Of a DNA stretch of 57,056 nucleotides, positions 8,620-17,976 are shown piece after piece. How positions within the stretch are numbered: the stretch's first letter is position 1; the number at the start of each line of letters is the position of its first letter. Location of the stretch: contig JBCCYI010000001.1 of the NCBI GenBank assembly GCA_039189975.1, positions 1-57,056 on the forward strand, in the 5' to 3' direction. Made by a program: the position numbers and the translations under genes. The notes under the pieces were generated by a model. The model was not told where the DNA came from. It did not search any database and saw nothing but the letters and a program-made list of their open reading frames with translations. This DNA comes from Pseudomonadota bacterium. GTDB taxonomy: Bacteria; Pseudomonadota; Alphaproteobacteria; Rhodobacterales; Rhodobacteraceae.

Positions 8620-8635
8620 TTAATTTTGCCTTAAC
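8620..8635. promoter_or_regulatory. CtrA-type binding site TTAA-N7-TTAAC
   Basis: TTAA ttttgcc TTAAC, about 44 bp upstream of the VPEID-CTERM gene, in a high-GC background. Confidence 0.65.
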
Positions 8636-8779
8636 GCCTCAGTGGAATGTGCTGGCTTTTGCCCGAAAGATCCGCAGCGTCGCGCGTCGGTGCCGATGGC
8701 TCACCGTGCTGCAAGCGTGTGTCCGCACTCAGAGGCCGGGTACCAATCCCAAACTCTCTTGGCACGGCAGCCGTCTGCG

Positions 8780-9217
8780 TCAGACGCCGACATCCGGACC
8801 AAGGCACATCATAGGCTCGTCCGCTTCTCCCGCTTCGTAGAGGACCGTTCCCGTCTCCCGGCCTTCGAATTGCGCACGCAATCCGCCCGAATCGTCATAA
8901 AAGGTCCAACACTGGGGTACCGGGTTGTTTTCGTAGACAAAACAGATCTCGTCGCCCTGTGGATACCAGACGCCGTCTTTGCAATCCCCGTCCAGAAAGG
9001 ACCACGTCACCCGTCGGTTTTCGTGGTATTCCTCGACACCATAGGCTTCGCCTTCGGAGTAGAAATACAGGGTTTTCCCTGCTGTGTAGGCTTCGAATTC
9101 CGCGGCGGACATCGGGCTTTGCGCGGCGAGCGCGGGCGCCATGAGCCCGAGTGCGATACCGATGGCCAGGCTTGCGTTCACCGCAAAAGGACGGTGTGTC
9201 TTTGGGGCACGGGGCAT
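8780..9217 (-). CDS. Conserved secreted hypothetical protein (DUF995-like)
   Basis: Signal peptide, then MSAAEFEAYTAGKTL...GVEEY...RRVTWSFLDGDCKDGVWY...ICFVYE...QCW. Confidence 0.75.
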   Translation of the reverse strand: MPRAPKTHRPFAVNASLAIGIALGLMAPALAAQSPMSAAEFEAYTAGKTLYFYSEGEAYGVEEYHENRRVTWSFLDGDCKDGVWYPQGDEICFVYENNPVPQCWTFYDDSGGLRAQFEGRETGTVLYEAGEADEPMMCLGPDVGV

Positions 9218-9400
9218 AGCATCTCCGATCGAACCAACGCTGTTGCATAGTTCGGTCCCGAGAGGAGCGCGTCAAGCGCTGGTACCGCCAACAAGGGGGA
9301 GCGCAGGGCATGGGGCGCGCCACTAGGAGCGCCCTGCGGTGCTCTTCCATCCGCACCCTGGACGGATTAGGTGAAGACAAGGGTGAACGAGAGGCGGCCT

Positions 9401-10840
9401 ATGGCGTTCTTTAAGAAGTTGCGCGACCGGATGTTCAAGTCCTCTTCCAAGCTGGAGGAGGGACTGGAGGCTATCGTGCAAGACGGCGGCACGGAGGATG
9501 TGCCGCCCCCGCAGGACATTGCCGCGCCGCCCTCGGCGAACCTCGACCGAAGCGCAACCAAGGAAGAGCCCCTACGGCCTGAGGAGGGATCTCCTCTTCC
9601 GCCTTCTCCTTCCGTGTCACCAGCGCCGCAAGCGCCCACCCAGGCCGCCGCTGATCCCGTTAGTCGTCATGCGCCCTCTGACGATTGCCTTGAAGATCGG
9701 CCGGCGGGCGGTGCGTCTACGGCTGCGAAACCGGCGCGCGCACCTCAGCCGGCTGTCACGACGGACGGCGGCCCACCGGATGCCGACCGGATGGACGCGA
9801 CCGTCGACAGGCCTGCCTCCAACGCGTCAGACCCAGCGCCAAAGGCAGATCGGCCCGGCTTCCTGGGGCGTCTCATGGGGCGGGGGCAGAGCTCCACGGA
9901 CCCTGCACCGGCAGAGGTCGCGACACCAGAACTCACGCCTGCTCCGTCGACACCAATGCCCGAACCGGCCCCATCTTCGCCTGCGAGCGCTGAGCCAAGT
10001 GTCACACGTCGCGTGCTCGACGATGATATGCTGGAAAGCCTCGAAGAGCTCCTGATCGCGTCGGACATGGGCGTCGACACTGCATTGCGGGTCGCCTCCA
10101 ACCTTGCCGAAGGGCGCATGGGGCGCCGCCTCTCCAGCGTCGAGATCCGGAGTTTGCTCTCCGATGAGATTGCGCGGATCATGGAGCCGGTGGCCAAGCC
10201 TCTGCCGCTCTATGCGCGCAAACCGCAAGTGGTACTCGTCGTCGGCGTGAATGGTTCGGGGAAGACAACGACGATCGGGAAACTCGCAAGTCAGCTGCGT
10301 GCGGCCGGCAAATCGGTCGTGATCGCGGCGGGCGACACGTTTCGGGCGGCTGCGGTGGAGCAGCTGCAGGTCTGGGGCGAGCGCGCGGGCGTGCCTGTGC
10401 TGACAGCACCCGAGGGGTCGGACCCGGCATCGCTGGCGTTTGACGCGATGGTGCGGGCGGAGGCCGATGGCGCGGACCTTCTCATGATTGACACGGCGGG
10501 CCGCCTGCAAAACCGCGCGGATCTCATGGAGGAACTGGCCAAGATCGTCCGCGTGATCCGCAAGCGAGACCCCGATGCGCCGCACAACACGCTCCTCGTG
10601 CTGGACGCCACGACAGGGCAGAACGCGCTCAGCCAGGTGGACACGTTCCAGAAGCTTGCGGATGTCTCAGGTCTCGTGATGACCAAGCTCGACGGCACAG
10701 CACGCGGCGGCGTGCTCGTTGCATTGGCCGACAAGTTCGGCCTGCCGATCCATGCGATCGGCGTGGGCGAGCAGATCGACGATCTCTCGCCCTTTGATCC
10801 GGAGGACTTTGCCCGCGCCCTCACCGGGCTCGATGCCTAA
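9401..10840 (+). CDS. ftsY: Signal recognition particle receptor FtsY
   Basis: GVNGSGKTTT, DTFRAAA, DTAGRLQN and TKLDGTARGG motifs. Long Pro/Ala-rich N-terminal region. Start MAFFKKLRDR. Confidence 0.97.
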   Translation: MAFFKKLRDRMFKSSSKLEEGLEAIVQDGGTEDVPPPQDIAAPPSANLDRSATKEEPLRPEEGSPLPPSPSVSPAPQAPTQAAADPVSRHAPSDDCLEDRPAGGASTAAKPARAPQPAVTTDGGPPDADRMDATVDRPASNASDPAPKADRPGFLGRLMGRGQSSTDPAPAEVATPELTPAPSTPMPEPAPSSPASAEPSVTRRVLDDDMLESLEELLIASDMGVDTALRVASNLAEGRMGRRLSSVEIRSLLSDEIARIMEPVAKPLPLYARKPQVVLVVGVNGSGKTTTIGKLASQLRAAGKSVVIAAGDTFRAAAVEQLQVWGERAGVPVLTAPEGSDPASLAFDAMVRAEADGADLLMIDTAGRLQNRADLMEELAKIVRVIRKRDPDAPHNTLLVLDATTGQNALSQVDTFQKLADVSGLVMTKLDGTARGGVLVALADKFGLPIHAIGVGEQIDDLSPFDPEDFARALTGLDA

Positions 10841-10981
10841 GACGCCGGTCGCGGAAGCCTCGGCGAGGGACCCCGCGAAAAGTGAGAAAACGCGACGGAT
10901 CTGGACATCGAGCAACGCTTGACTTCCGCCTGAGCCGCCCGCACTTCGCCCCCACAGGAGAGGGCCCAAAAGGAGAAAACG

Positions 10982-11608
10982 ATGGCGGCGCAGCCCCCCC
11001 AAGATGAGCGTCCCGTAAATCCGATCCTGCGGCAGGTCCTCGAATTGGGCCCGCCGATTGGGTTCTTCGCGGCTTATCTTTACCTGCGGGAGGAAACCTT
11101 CGTCATTGGGGGGACGGAGTACGATGGTTTCATCGTCGCCGCCGCCGGTTTTGTCCCGCTGCTGCTGCTGACGATGGCGATCCTCTGGCGGCTGACGGGA
11201 AAGCTTTCGCGGCTTCAGGCGGTCACAGCGTTTCTTGTCGTGGTCTTTGGCGGGCTGACGGTGTGGTTCAACGACGAGTCGTTCTTCAAGATGAAGACGA
11301 CCATTGTCTATGCGCTTCTTGCGGCCTTGCTCGGCATCGGGCTTCTGCGGGGCAAGTCCTGGCTGGCATGGGTCATGGGGGACCTTATGCCGATGGAGCA
11401 TGAGGGCTGGATGAAGTTGACGCGCAGGCTGGCGCTCGGCTTTGCCGTGCTCGCTGTGGCCAACGAGATTGTCTGGCGCACGATGTCCACCGACACCTGG
11501 GTGAAAATCGAAACCTTCGCGTTTCCGATCGCTCTTTTTCTGTGGCTTTGGATCTCGATCATCAGCCTGCAGAAATACGTCCTCACGGACGATACGACGG
11601 AAAGCTGA
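10982..11608 (+). CDS. yciB: Inner-membrane protein YciB/IspZ
   Basis: FGGLTVWFNDESFFKMKTT, NEIVWR, TDTWVK. Usual position after ftsY. Confidence 0.9.
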   Translation: MAAQPPQDERPVNPILRQVLELGPPIGFFAAYLYLREETFVIGGTEYDGFIVAAAGFVPLLLLTMAILWRLTGKLSRLQAVTAFLVVVFGGLTVWFNDESFFKMKTTIVYALLAALLGIGLLRGKSWLAWVMGDLMPMEHEGWMKLTRRLALGFAVLAVANEIVWRTMSTDTWVKIETFAFPIALFLWLWISIISLQKYVLTDDTTES

Positions 11609-11739
11609 TCCGGCGGTAAGCGCGGACGAAGTCCCCCGGTGGACCAGGTCTGCTCGCGGTCAAGGCCGCGCGAAGCGGCGAGGATGCCCCGCCGCCCCGC
11701 CTCTTGACCTGGTACCGCGCGTCTGGGCGTGGTTCTCGA

Positions 11740-12450
11740 TCAGCCCTTTTGGCCGAAGAGAATTTTTTGGGCTTCTTTGCTCGTTGGCCCGCTGCCGCGC
11801 TTCTCCTCGGCCAAGGCGCGGCCCTTCTGGACAGCCGGGCGGGCATAGCACGCGTCCAGCCAGCGCTTGAGATTTGGCTTGTCGTCCAGGCTCTGTTGCT
11901 GGCCTTCCCAGCCCTGAACCCACGGCCAGATCGCCATGTCGGCAATGGTGTAGTCCGGCCCGGCCACCCACTCGTGCGTCGCAAGCTGCGTGTCGAGAAC
12001 ACGGTAGAGCCGCGAGACTTCGTTGCGGTAGCGGTCCTGCGCGTAGGGCAAGACCTGCGGCGGTTCCATCGTGGGCGCGTACTTCAAAAAGTGATGAGCC
12101 TGCCCCGCCATCGGCCCAACGCCACCCATTTGCCACATGAGCCACTGATCGACCGCCACGCGCGCGCGCTCGTCCGCACCGCCAAACTGGCCGGTCTTCC
12201 GCGCGAGGTACTGCAGGATGGCACCAGACTCAAAGAGTGCGATCGGCGCCCCATCCGGCCCGGCGGGGTCGACAATGGCGGGCATTCGGTTGTTCGGAGC
12301 AATCTTGAGAAAGTCGGGGTCGAACTGGTCGCCCCTCCCGATATCCACAAGGTGCAGCGTATAAGGAAGGCCCATCTCCTCAAGCGCGATGGAGATCTTC
12401 CATCCATTCGGGGTGGGCCAGTAGTAGAGGTCGATCGGATCTTGCGACAT
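11740..12450 (-). CDS. Glutathione S-transferase (YfcG/Nu-class-like)
   Basis: YYWPTPNGWK, PNNRMPAIVD, FESGAIL, WQMGGVGPMAGQ. Confidence 0.93.
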   Translation of the reverse strand: MSQDPIDLYYWPTPNGWKISIALEEMGLPYTLHLVDIGRGDQFDPDFLKIAPNNRMPAIVDPAGPDGAPIALFESGAILQYLARKTGQFGGADERARVAVDQWLMWQMGGVGPMAGQAHHFLKYAPTMEPPQVLPYAQDRYRNEVSRLYRVLDTQLATHEWVAGPDYTIADMAIWPWVQGWEGQQQSLDDKPNLKRWLDACYARPAVQKGRALAEEKRGSGPTSKEAQKILFGQKG

Positions 12451-12478
12451 GGGAGAGGTCCTTTTGAACGTGCTCTCC

Positions 12479-13405
12479 CTAGGATGCACCTCGACGTAGC
12501 AGGGGCAAGGGGACTCGCCGAAACGTGCAGCGACGACGCGGCTGAGGAGCCGCCCGGGGAAGGTGCAGAGCGAGGGAGTAGAACGTCAGCTCCTGAGCAA
12601 AGACCGCACGATAAACGTCAAACAATCCTGAGCGCAGGTAGACGGACCAGTGGCAGACCTGCCTGTCCGGTGCCGGAATCGTGTAGCCCAAGGCCAGCAG
12701 GGCGGCGCGCGTCGACGCATCGTCTACCGTCAGGTCGATCCAGCGGGCCGATGGCCGGGCGAGGCCTTGGGCGAGCGAACGGTCCCCGGAGGCGTGGGGT
12801 GCGACAAGCCACTCCATCATCCTGTCAAAGAACGCGTTTTCGCCGCTGCGGACGTTCAGTACCTCGACACCGCGCCCGCCCCGGCACTCCAGGCATGCTG
12901 CCGCGCGGCTGCGCAGCTCTGCTGCGGCCAACAGGATGATGCGGCGCACCTGGCCCGGCTCCAAATGGGGCAGCGTCGAAAGGGCAACGCGGGCGCCCAA
13001 CGAATGTGCCAGGATCTGAACTGCGATGCCCGGCCTTATGCCGTTGAGGATGTCGACGAGCTGCGCCAAGCCACCTCCGGTCTCCGCGGCGCGTCGGTAG
13101 GCCTGCCAAAGGGTGCCCCGGGCATTCCAGCCAAGCGCGATCACCACTGGTTCGTCTGCGCCGTTTTGCCCCAAACCAAGCTTACGTGGCCAGCTCACGG
13201 CCTTCCAGCATGGGCGGGGGTCGAGTGAAAGAATATGTCTGTGCGGGCTGCGCGCCGCGATGAACGGTGAGAATTTGTAACCGTGAATCAGAATGATAAC
13301 GGGCGCTTCCTCAGGCGTTGCGCGTAAAGCCCGGCGCAGCTGCGCCGCGCAATCGGCCGGTCCCACCACCGCGCCATCTTTGATGTTGATCTGACAGAGG
13401 GGCAT
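12479..13405 (-). CDS. Alpha/beta hydrolase (DUF900-like)
   Basis: ILIHGY, nucleophile elbow AHSLG, C-terminal CHW. GGAG RBS before ATG 13405. Confidence 0.8.
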   Translation of the reverse strand: MPLCQINIKDGAVVGPADCAAQLRRALRATPEEAPVIILIHGYKFSPFIAARSPHRHILSLDPRPCWKAVSWPRKLGLGQNGADEPVVIALGWNARGTLWQAYRRAAETGGGLAQLVDILNGIRPGIAVQILAHSLGARVALSTLPHLEPGQVRRIILLAAAELRSRAAACLECRGGRGVEVLNVRSGENAFFDRMMEWLVAPHASGDRSLAQGLARPSARWIDLTVDDASTRAALLALGYTIPAPDRQVCHWSVYLRSGLFDVYRAVFAQELTFYSLALHLPRAAPQPRRRCTFRRVPLPLLRRGAS

Positions 13406-13544
13406 GTCCCGTCTCCACAACATGTAGTGGGTAATTACCCTCACTTTGCTATAGAGCGGTGACCATGGCGTAACAGCTTCGTGACGGTGCGCTAACGGAT
13501 CAGTAAGAGTTGACCAGGATGTCCCTTGGGCGTATTTCGCCGTT

Positions 13545-13599
13545 CCGTGGCGATTTGTTCACCGGATTGCGGGCCACGTAAAACCCACCGCTAAAGAGG
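13545..13599 (+). ncRNA. SAM-II (SAM_alpha) riboswitch
   Basis: CGTGG-CGATTT...CCG..TTGC..GCCACG-TAAAA...GCTAAAGAGG matches the SAM-II pseudoknot consensus and lies directly upstream of metZ. Confidence 0.85.
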
Positions 13600-13668
13600 T
13601 CAGGCGCCTGCGGACGGATGTTCGCGCTAGGTCCCCTGATCGAAGGGAGGCCGAAGGAGGGCCCGAGA

Positions 13669-14865
13669 ATGAAAGACGCACCGTCGCCGAAATCGCGCAA
13701 CCGCCGCACAAAGGCTGTTCATGCTGGCATCCGCCGTTCGCATTATGGCGAGGTGTCGGAGGCAATGTTCCTCACGCAAGGCTTTGTCTACGAGACGGCC
13801 GAGCAGGCGGAGGCGCGCTTCATCAAGTCCGGGCCAGACGAATTCATTTATGCACGCTATGGCAACCCCACAGTGGCGATGTTCGAGGAGCGGATCGCGG
13901 CGCTCGAGGGGGCCGAGGATGCCTTCGCCACGGCTTCCGGCATGGCGGCGGTCCATGGTGCGCTCACATCGATGCTACGGGCGGGCGACCATGTGGTTTC
14001 GTCGCGCGCTCTTTTCGGCTCGTGCCTCTATATCCTCGAAGATATCCTGAGCCGGTTTGGCGTCGACGTCACCTTTGTCGACGGCTGTGATCTCGCTCAA
14101 TGGCAGGCGGCAATCTGCGCCGACACCCGGGCGGTGTTCCTTGAATCCGTCTCAAACCCCTCGCTGGAGGTGATCGACCTGCCCGCCGTGGCCAAGCTTG
14201 CGCACGCGGTCGGCGCGACGGTGATCGTGGACAATGTGTTCGCGACACCGGTTTACTCGCGAGCGCTTGAGCACGGCGCCGATGTCGTCGTTTATTCCGC
14301 GACCAAGCATATCGACGGTCAGGGTCGCGCGCTCGGCGGCGTGATCCTGGGAACGCGGGAGTACATCCGCAAGACCGTCGAGCCCTTTGTCAAGCATACG
14401 GGCGGTGCGATGAGCCCGTTCACCGCGTGGATCATGCTGAAGGGGCTCGAGACCATGGATCTGCGGGTCCGCGCGCAGACCGCCACAGCCACCGATCTCG
14501 CGGCGGTGTTGCACGACCATCCGAAGCTGGTGCGTACGATCTATCCCGGTCATGCGAGCCATCCTCAGTATGCGCTGACGCAATCCCTGATGGGCGCCGG
14601 AGGCACGGTTCTTTCAATCGAGGTTGCCGGCGGGAAGGACGCCACGTTCCGCTTTCTCAATGCTCTGGAAATCGTGACCATCTCCAACAATCTCGGGGAT
14701 GCCAAGAGCATCGCCACCCATCCCGCGACGACCACCCACCAGCGATTGTCAGAGGAGCAGCGCGCGCAGCTCGGCATCACTGAGGGGCTTGTCCGCCTGT
14801 CCATCGGGCTCGAGGATGCGGAAGATCTGCGTGACGATATCCTGTCTGCATTGGATCGGGTCTGA
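13669..14865 (+). CDS. metZ: O-succinylhomoserine sulfhydrylase
   Basis: YARYGNPT, ASGMAA, DNVFATP, PLP-lysine motif YSATKHIDGQGR, NNLGDAKS. Confidence 0.95.
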   Translation: MKDAPSPKSRNRRTKAVHAGIRRSHYGEVSEAMFLTQGFVYETAEQAEARFIKSGPDEFIYARYGNPTVAMFEERIAALEGAEDAFATASGMAAVHGALTSMLRAGDHVVSSRALFGSCLYILEDILSRFGVDVTFVDGCDLAQWQAAICADTRAVFLESVSNPSLEVIDLPAVAKLAHAVGATVIVDNVFATPVYSRALEHGADVVVYSATKHIDGQGRALGGVILGTREYIRKTVEPFVKHTGGAMSPFTAWIMLKGLETMDLRVRAQTATATDLAAVLHDHPKLVRTIYPGHASHPQYALTQSLMGAGGTVLSIEVAGGKDATFRFLNALEIVTISNNLGDAKSIATHPATTTHQRLSEEQRAQLGITEGLVRLSIGLEDAEDLRDDILSALDRV

Positions 14866-14935
14866 CCCCCTCTTCGAGGGCATTGAAACGGCGTCGGCAT
14901 TGAGCGCGGAGGTGGGGTGCGTTAACCCCCCATTC

Positions 14936-15790
14936 ATGACGAACCGCGACAAACGTGACCGGGCCGAGGTGTTTCGCACGCGCTTGCGCCAGCAAATGGC
15001 GACGAGCGGGGTCAACCGTTCCGCCCTGGCCCGGGCCTGTGGTGTGGATCGCTCCACCGTGGCCCAGCTTTTGTCGGACGACGCGGCCCGGATGCCAAAT
15101 GCCCATCTGGCCGCGGAATGCGCACAGGCGCTCGGGGTGTCCGCCGACTGGCTGTTAGGGCTCAGCGACCGTCCTGAGCGGCCAGGCGATCTCCTGGCTG
15201 CGTCCGTTTTGGTCACCGAGGCGGCCCGCTCCATGGCCGACGAACAGCTGCTGGATTGGCACCGGGAGGCGGCGGGATACAAGGTCCGACATGTGCCGGC
15301 GACGCTGCCGGATGTCTTCAAGACGGAGGGATTGCTGCGCTGGGAATACGCGAGCTTTCTTGGCAAGACGCCACAGCAGGCGATCCGGGCGATGCAGGAC
15401 AGCTCCACTTGGATGGCGGAGCACATGTCGGACTACGAGATCGCCGTTTCAATGGGGGAAGTCCGCGCGCTTGCCAGCGGATCCGGCTATTATGCCGGCC
15501 TGGATGAGGCGGTGCGGCACGCTCAGATTGCGTCCCTCGCCGAGACCCTGGATCGGCTCTATCCCTCTGTCCGGATGTTTCTTTACGATGCACGCCGCGT
15601 CTTCTCTGCCCCTGTAACAGTCTTTGGTCCGCTGATCGGAGTGGTCTACATCGGACGGTTCTACATGGCATTCCGCTCGCGGGAGCGCGTGCGCGCGCTG
15701 ACGGAACACTTCGATGGCTTGATCCGTGAGGCAGACGTCGATGCGCGCGACGCCCCCTCCTGGCTGGAAGCTCTGTCGCGAACGGGCTGA
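14936..15790 (+). CDS. XRE-family HTH transcriptional regulator
   Basis: NRSALARACGVDRSTVAQLL...ALGVSADWLLGL HTH plus a C-terminal domain. Confidence 0.85.
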   Translation: MTNRDKRDRAEVFRTRLRQQMATSGVNRSALARACGVDRSTVAQLLSDDAARMPNAHLAAECAQALGVSADWLLGLSDRPERPGDLLAASVLVTEAARSMADEQLLDWHREAAGYKVRHVPATLPDVFKTEGLLRWEYASFLGKTPQQAIRAMQDSSTWMAEHMSDYEIAVSMGEVRALASGSGYYAGLDEAVRHAQIASLAETLDRLYPSVRMFLYDARRVFSAPVTVFGPLIGVVYIGRFYMAFRSRERVRALTEHFDGLIREADVDARDAPSWLEALSRTG

Positions 15791-16076
15791 CCCCTCGGCA
15801 GCGGCGCTCAGGGTTCCGCGGCTTGAGTTGTGCGACCCTTGGGATAAAGCGCCGCGCGCACCCGTTCGGGAAAGGAGGAGGAAAACCGAAACGGGCGCGG
15901 CGCGGAGCCATGTTTAAATCAAGATCGTGTGTGCCGACGATAGCAACCACAGCAAGCAGCACGCGCGACAAGAAGAACGTGACGCTGGAATTGGAGGCGG
16001 GATGTCCGCCACCTGACGCGTTTTCCAGCGGTCCCTGCACGCGGCATGAGGCAATCCCAGCCTAGGACGAGCGAAC

Positions 16077-16125
16077 CTTGCGAATGCTTCTCAAGAGCAT
16101 TGACTTCTTGCGAGTGACTTGCAAT
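16077..16125. promoter_or_regulatory. Two Fur/Mur-like boxes flanking a TTGACT -35 element
   Basis: CTTGCGAATGCTTCTCAAG (16077-16095) and CTTGCGAGTGACTTGCAAT (16107-16125), with TTGACT at 16100-16105, upstream of a metal ABC operon. Confidence 0.65.
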
Positions 16126-16180
16126 ATCATCTCTCAAGGTCCCCGAGATGGGGGGCGTCGTTCCAAAAGGGAGACATCAC

Positions 16181-17137
16181 ATGTCATTCGCTCGCCACGT
16201 CCTTCTGTCGTGCGCCACCGCTGTCGGCCTTGCTGGTGCGGCTGTCGCGCCCGCCTCTGCGGAGACGCTAGAGGTCGTTGCGACCACCGGGATGATCGCG
16301 GATGCGGCGCGTGAGGTGGGCGGAGAGCTGGTGCAGGTCGAAGCTCTCATGGGGCCGGGGGTGGACCCTCACGCCTATCGACAAACGCGGTCCGACATCG
16401 TTGCGATGACGCAGGCCGATCTCGTGCTGTGGCACGGGCTCTACCTCGAAGCGCAGCTGGAGGAGTTCTTGCTTGAGCTCGGCGCGCGCCAGAACGTCGT
16501 TGCCGTCGCGGAGGCGCTCCCGACCAACATGCTCATCGGCCATGACGATTACGACAATCGCTACGATCCCCACGTCTGGATGAATCCGAACCTCTGGTCC
16601 CGCGTGGTGCTGACAGTTCGCGATACGCTGATCGACGCCGCGCCGCAGCACGAGGACACATTCCGAGCCAACGCCGACGAGCATCTGGCCGCGCTCGCGG
16701 ACCTCGCTCAGTACACAACTGCGGTGTTGGCGTCTGTCCCGGCCGAGAGCCGGGTGCTCCTCTCGGCCCACGACGCGTTCAACTATTTCGGCTCCGCTTA
16801 TGGGTTCGAGGTCATGGGCATTCAGGGCATTTCGACCGAGAGCGAAGCGGGGCTGCAGCGGATCGCAGAGCTGGCGGATCTCTTGGTGTCGCGCAACATT
16901 CAAGCGGTTTTCGTCGAAAGCTCCGTGTCCGATCGCAACATTCGGGCACTGATCGAGGGGGCCGCCGCGCGCGGCCATGATGTGGTGATCGGCGGCGAGC
17001 TCTTTTCGGATGCCATGGGCGAAGACGGGTCCTACGAGGGCACTTATGTCGGCATGATCGACCATAACGCGACGGTCATCTCCTCGGCCCTCGGCGGTAA
17101 CGCGCCCGACGGCGGCATGTCCGATTTGCTGAACTGA
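16181..17137 (+). CDS. Mn/Fe/Zn ABC transporter substrate-binding protein (TroA/SitA family)
   Basis: [30 protein letters not shown]. Confidence 0.93.
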   Translation: MSFARHVLLSCATAVGLAGAAVAPASAETLEVVATTGMIADAAREVGGELVQVEALMGPGVDPHAYRQTRSDIVAMTQADLVLWHGLYLEAQLEEFLLELGARQNVVAVAEALPTNMLIGHDDYDNRYDPHVWMNPNLWSRVVLTVRDTLIDAAPQHEDTFRANADEHLAALADLAQYTTAVLASVPAESRVLLSAHDAFNYFGSAYGFEVMGIQGISTESEAGLQRIAELADLLVSRNIQAVFVESSVSDRNIRALIEGAAARGHDVVIGGELFSDAMGEDGSYEGTYVGMIDHNATVISSALGGNAPDGGMSDLLN

Positions 17138-17142
17138 TCGCC

Positions 17143-17964
17143 ATGAACGCCCAACGCATATTGAGCATCGCGGCCAGCGCAGGGGAGCGCGCCACACCCG
17201 CCGCATTGTCGGATGTTCCGCTCGCGCTGCGCGGCCTCACCGTGTCCTACGCGGAAAAACCGGCCGTGTTCTCGGTCGATGCGGAGTTCCAGCCGGCGGC
17301 GATGACCGCAATCATCGGGCCGAACGGGGCCGGCAAATCGACACTGCTCAAAGCCGCGCTGGGAGTCATTCCGCGGCTCTCGGGCGAAGTGACCGTGTTC
17401 GGTCAGCCGATGTCACAAGCTCGGGGGCGCATCGCATATGTGCCGCAGCGGGCCTCAGTCGACTGGGATTTCCCGACCACAGTGATGGATGTCGTCTTGA
17501 TGGGGCTCTACCGCAAGGTTGGTCTGCTCGGGCGCATCACGGGCCAGCACAGCACAACAGCGCGCGAGGCGCTGGCTCGCGTCGGCATGGCGGATTTCGC
17601 AGACCGTCAGATTGGCCAGCTCTCCGGGGGCCAGCAGCAACGGGTGTTTCTCGCCCGTGCCCTCGCGCAGGAGGCCGACCTCTACCTGCTGGACGAGCCC
17701 TTTGCCGGGGTCGACGCATCGACCGAACGCGCGATCATCGACGTGCTCAAGGCGCTGAAGTCCGAGGGAAAAGCAGTAGTGTGTGTGCACCACGACCTGG
17801 CGACGGTGCGTGCCTATTTCGATCACGTGTTCCTCATCAATGTGCGTCGCATCGCGCAGGGACCCGTCGCTGAGGCCTTCACCTCTCAGACAGTCCAGCG
17901 CGCCTATGGTGGCCGGATCAGCGGCCCTTTGATCGCGGACATGGCTGCCGGTCAGCAGGCGTGA
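17143..17964 (+). CDS. Metal ABC transporter ATPase
   Basis: [27 protein letters not shown]. Confidence 0.95.
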   Translation: MNAQRILSIAASAGERATPAALSDVPLALRGLTVSYAEKPAVFSVDAEFQPAAMTAIIGPNGAGKSTLLKAALGVIPRLSGEVTVFGQPMSQARGRIAYVPQRASVDWDFPTTVMDVVLMGLYRKVGLLGRITGQHSTTAREALARVGMADFADRQIGQLSGGQQQRVFLARALAQEADLYLLDEPFAGVDASTERAIIDVLKALKSEGKAVVCVHHDLATVRAYFDHVFLINVRRIAQGPVAEAFTSQTVQRAYGGRISGPLIADMAAGQQA

Positions 17965-17976
17965 CGCGGTCGGCCC

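Noticed and set aside
9480-10010. Low-complexity Pro/Ala region of FtsY as a novel domain
   Set aside because: Variable disordered N-terminal regions are normal for FtsY.
11704-12939. 411-aa plus-strand ORF
   Set aside because: Antisense shadow of the GST and hydrolase genes, typical of high-GC DNA.
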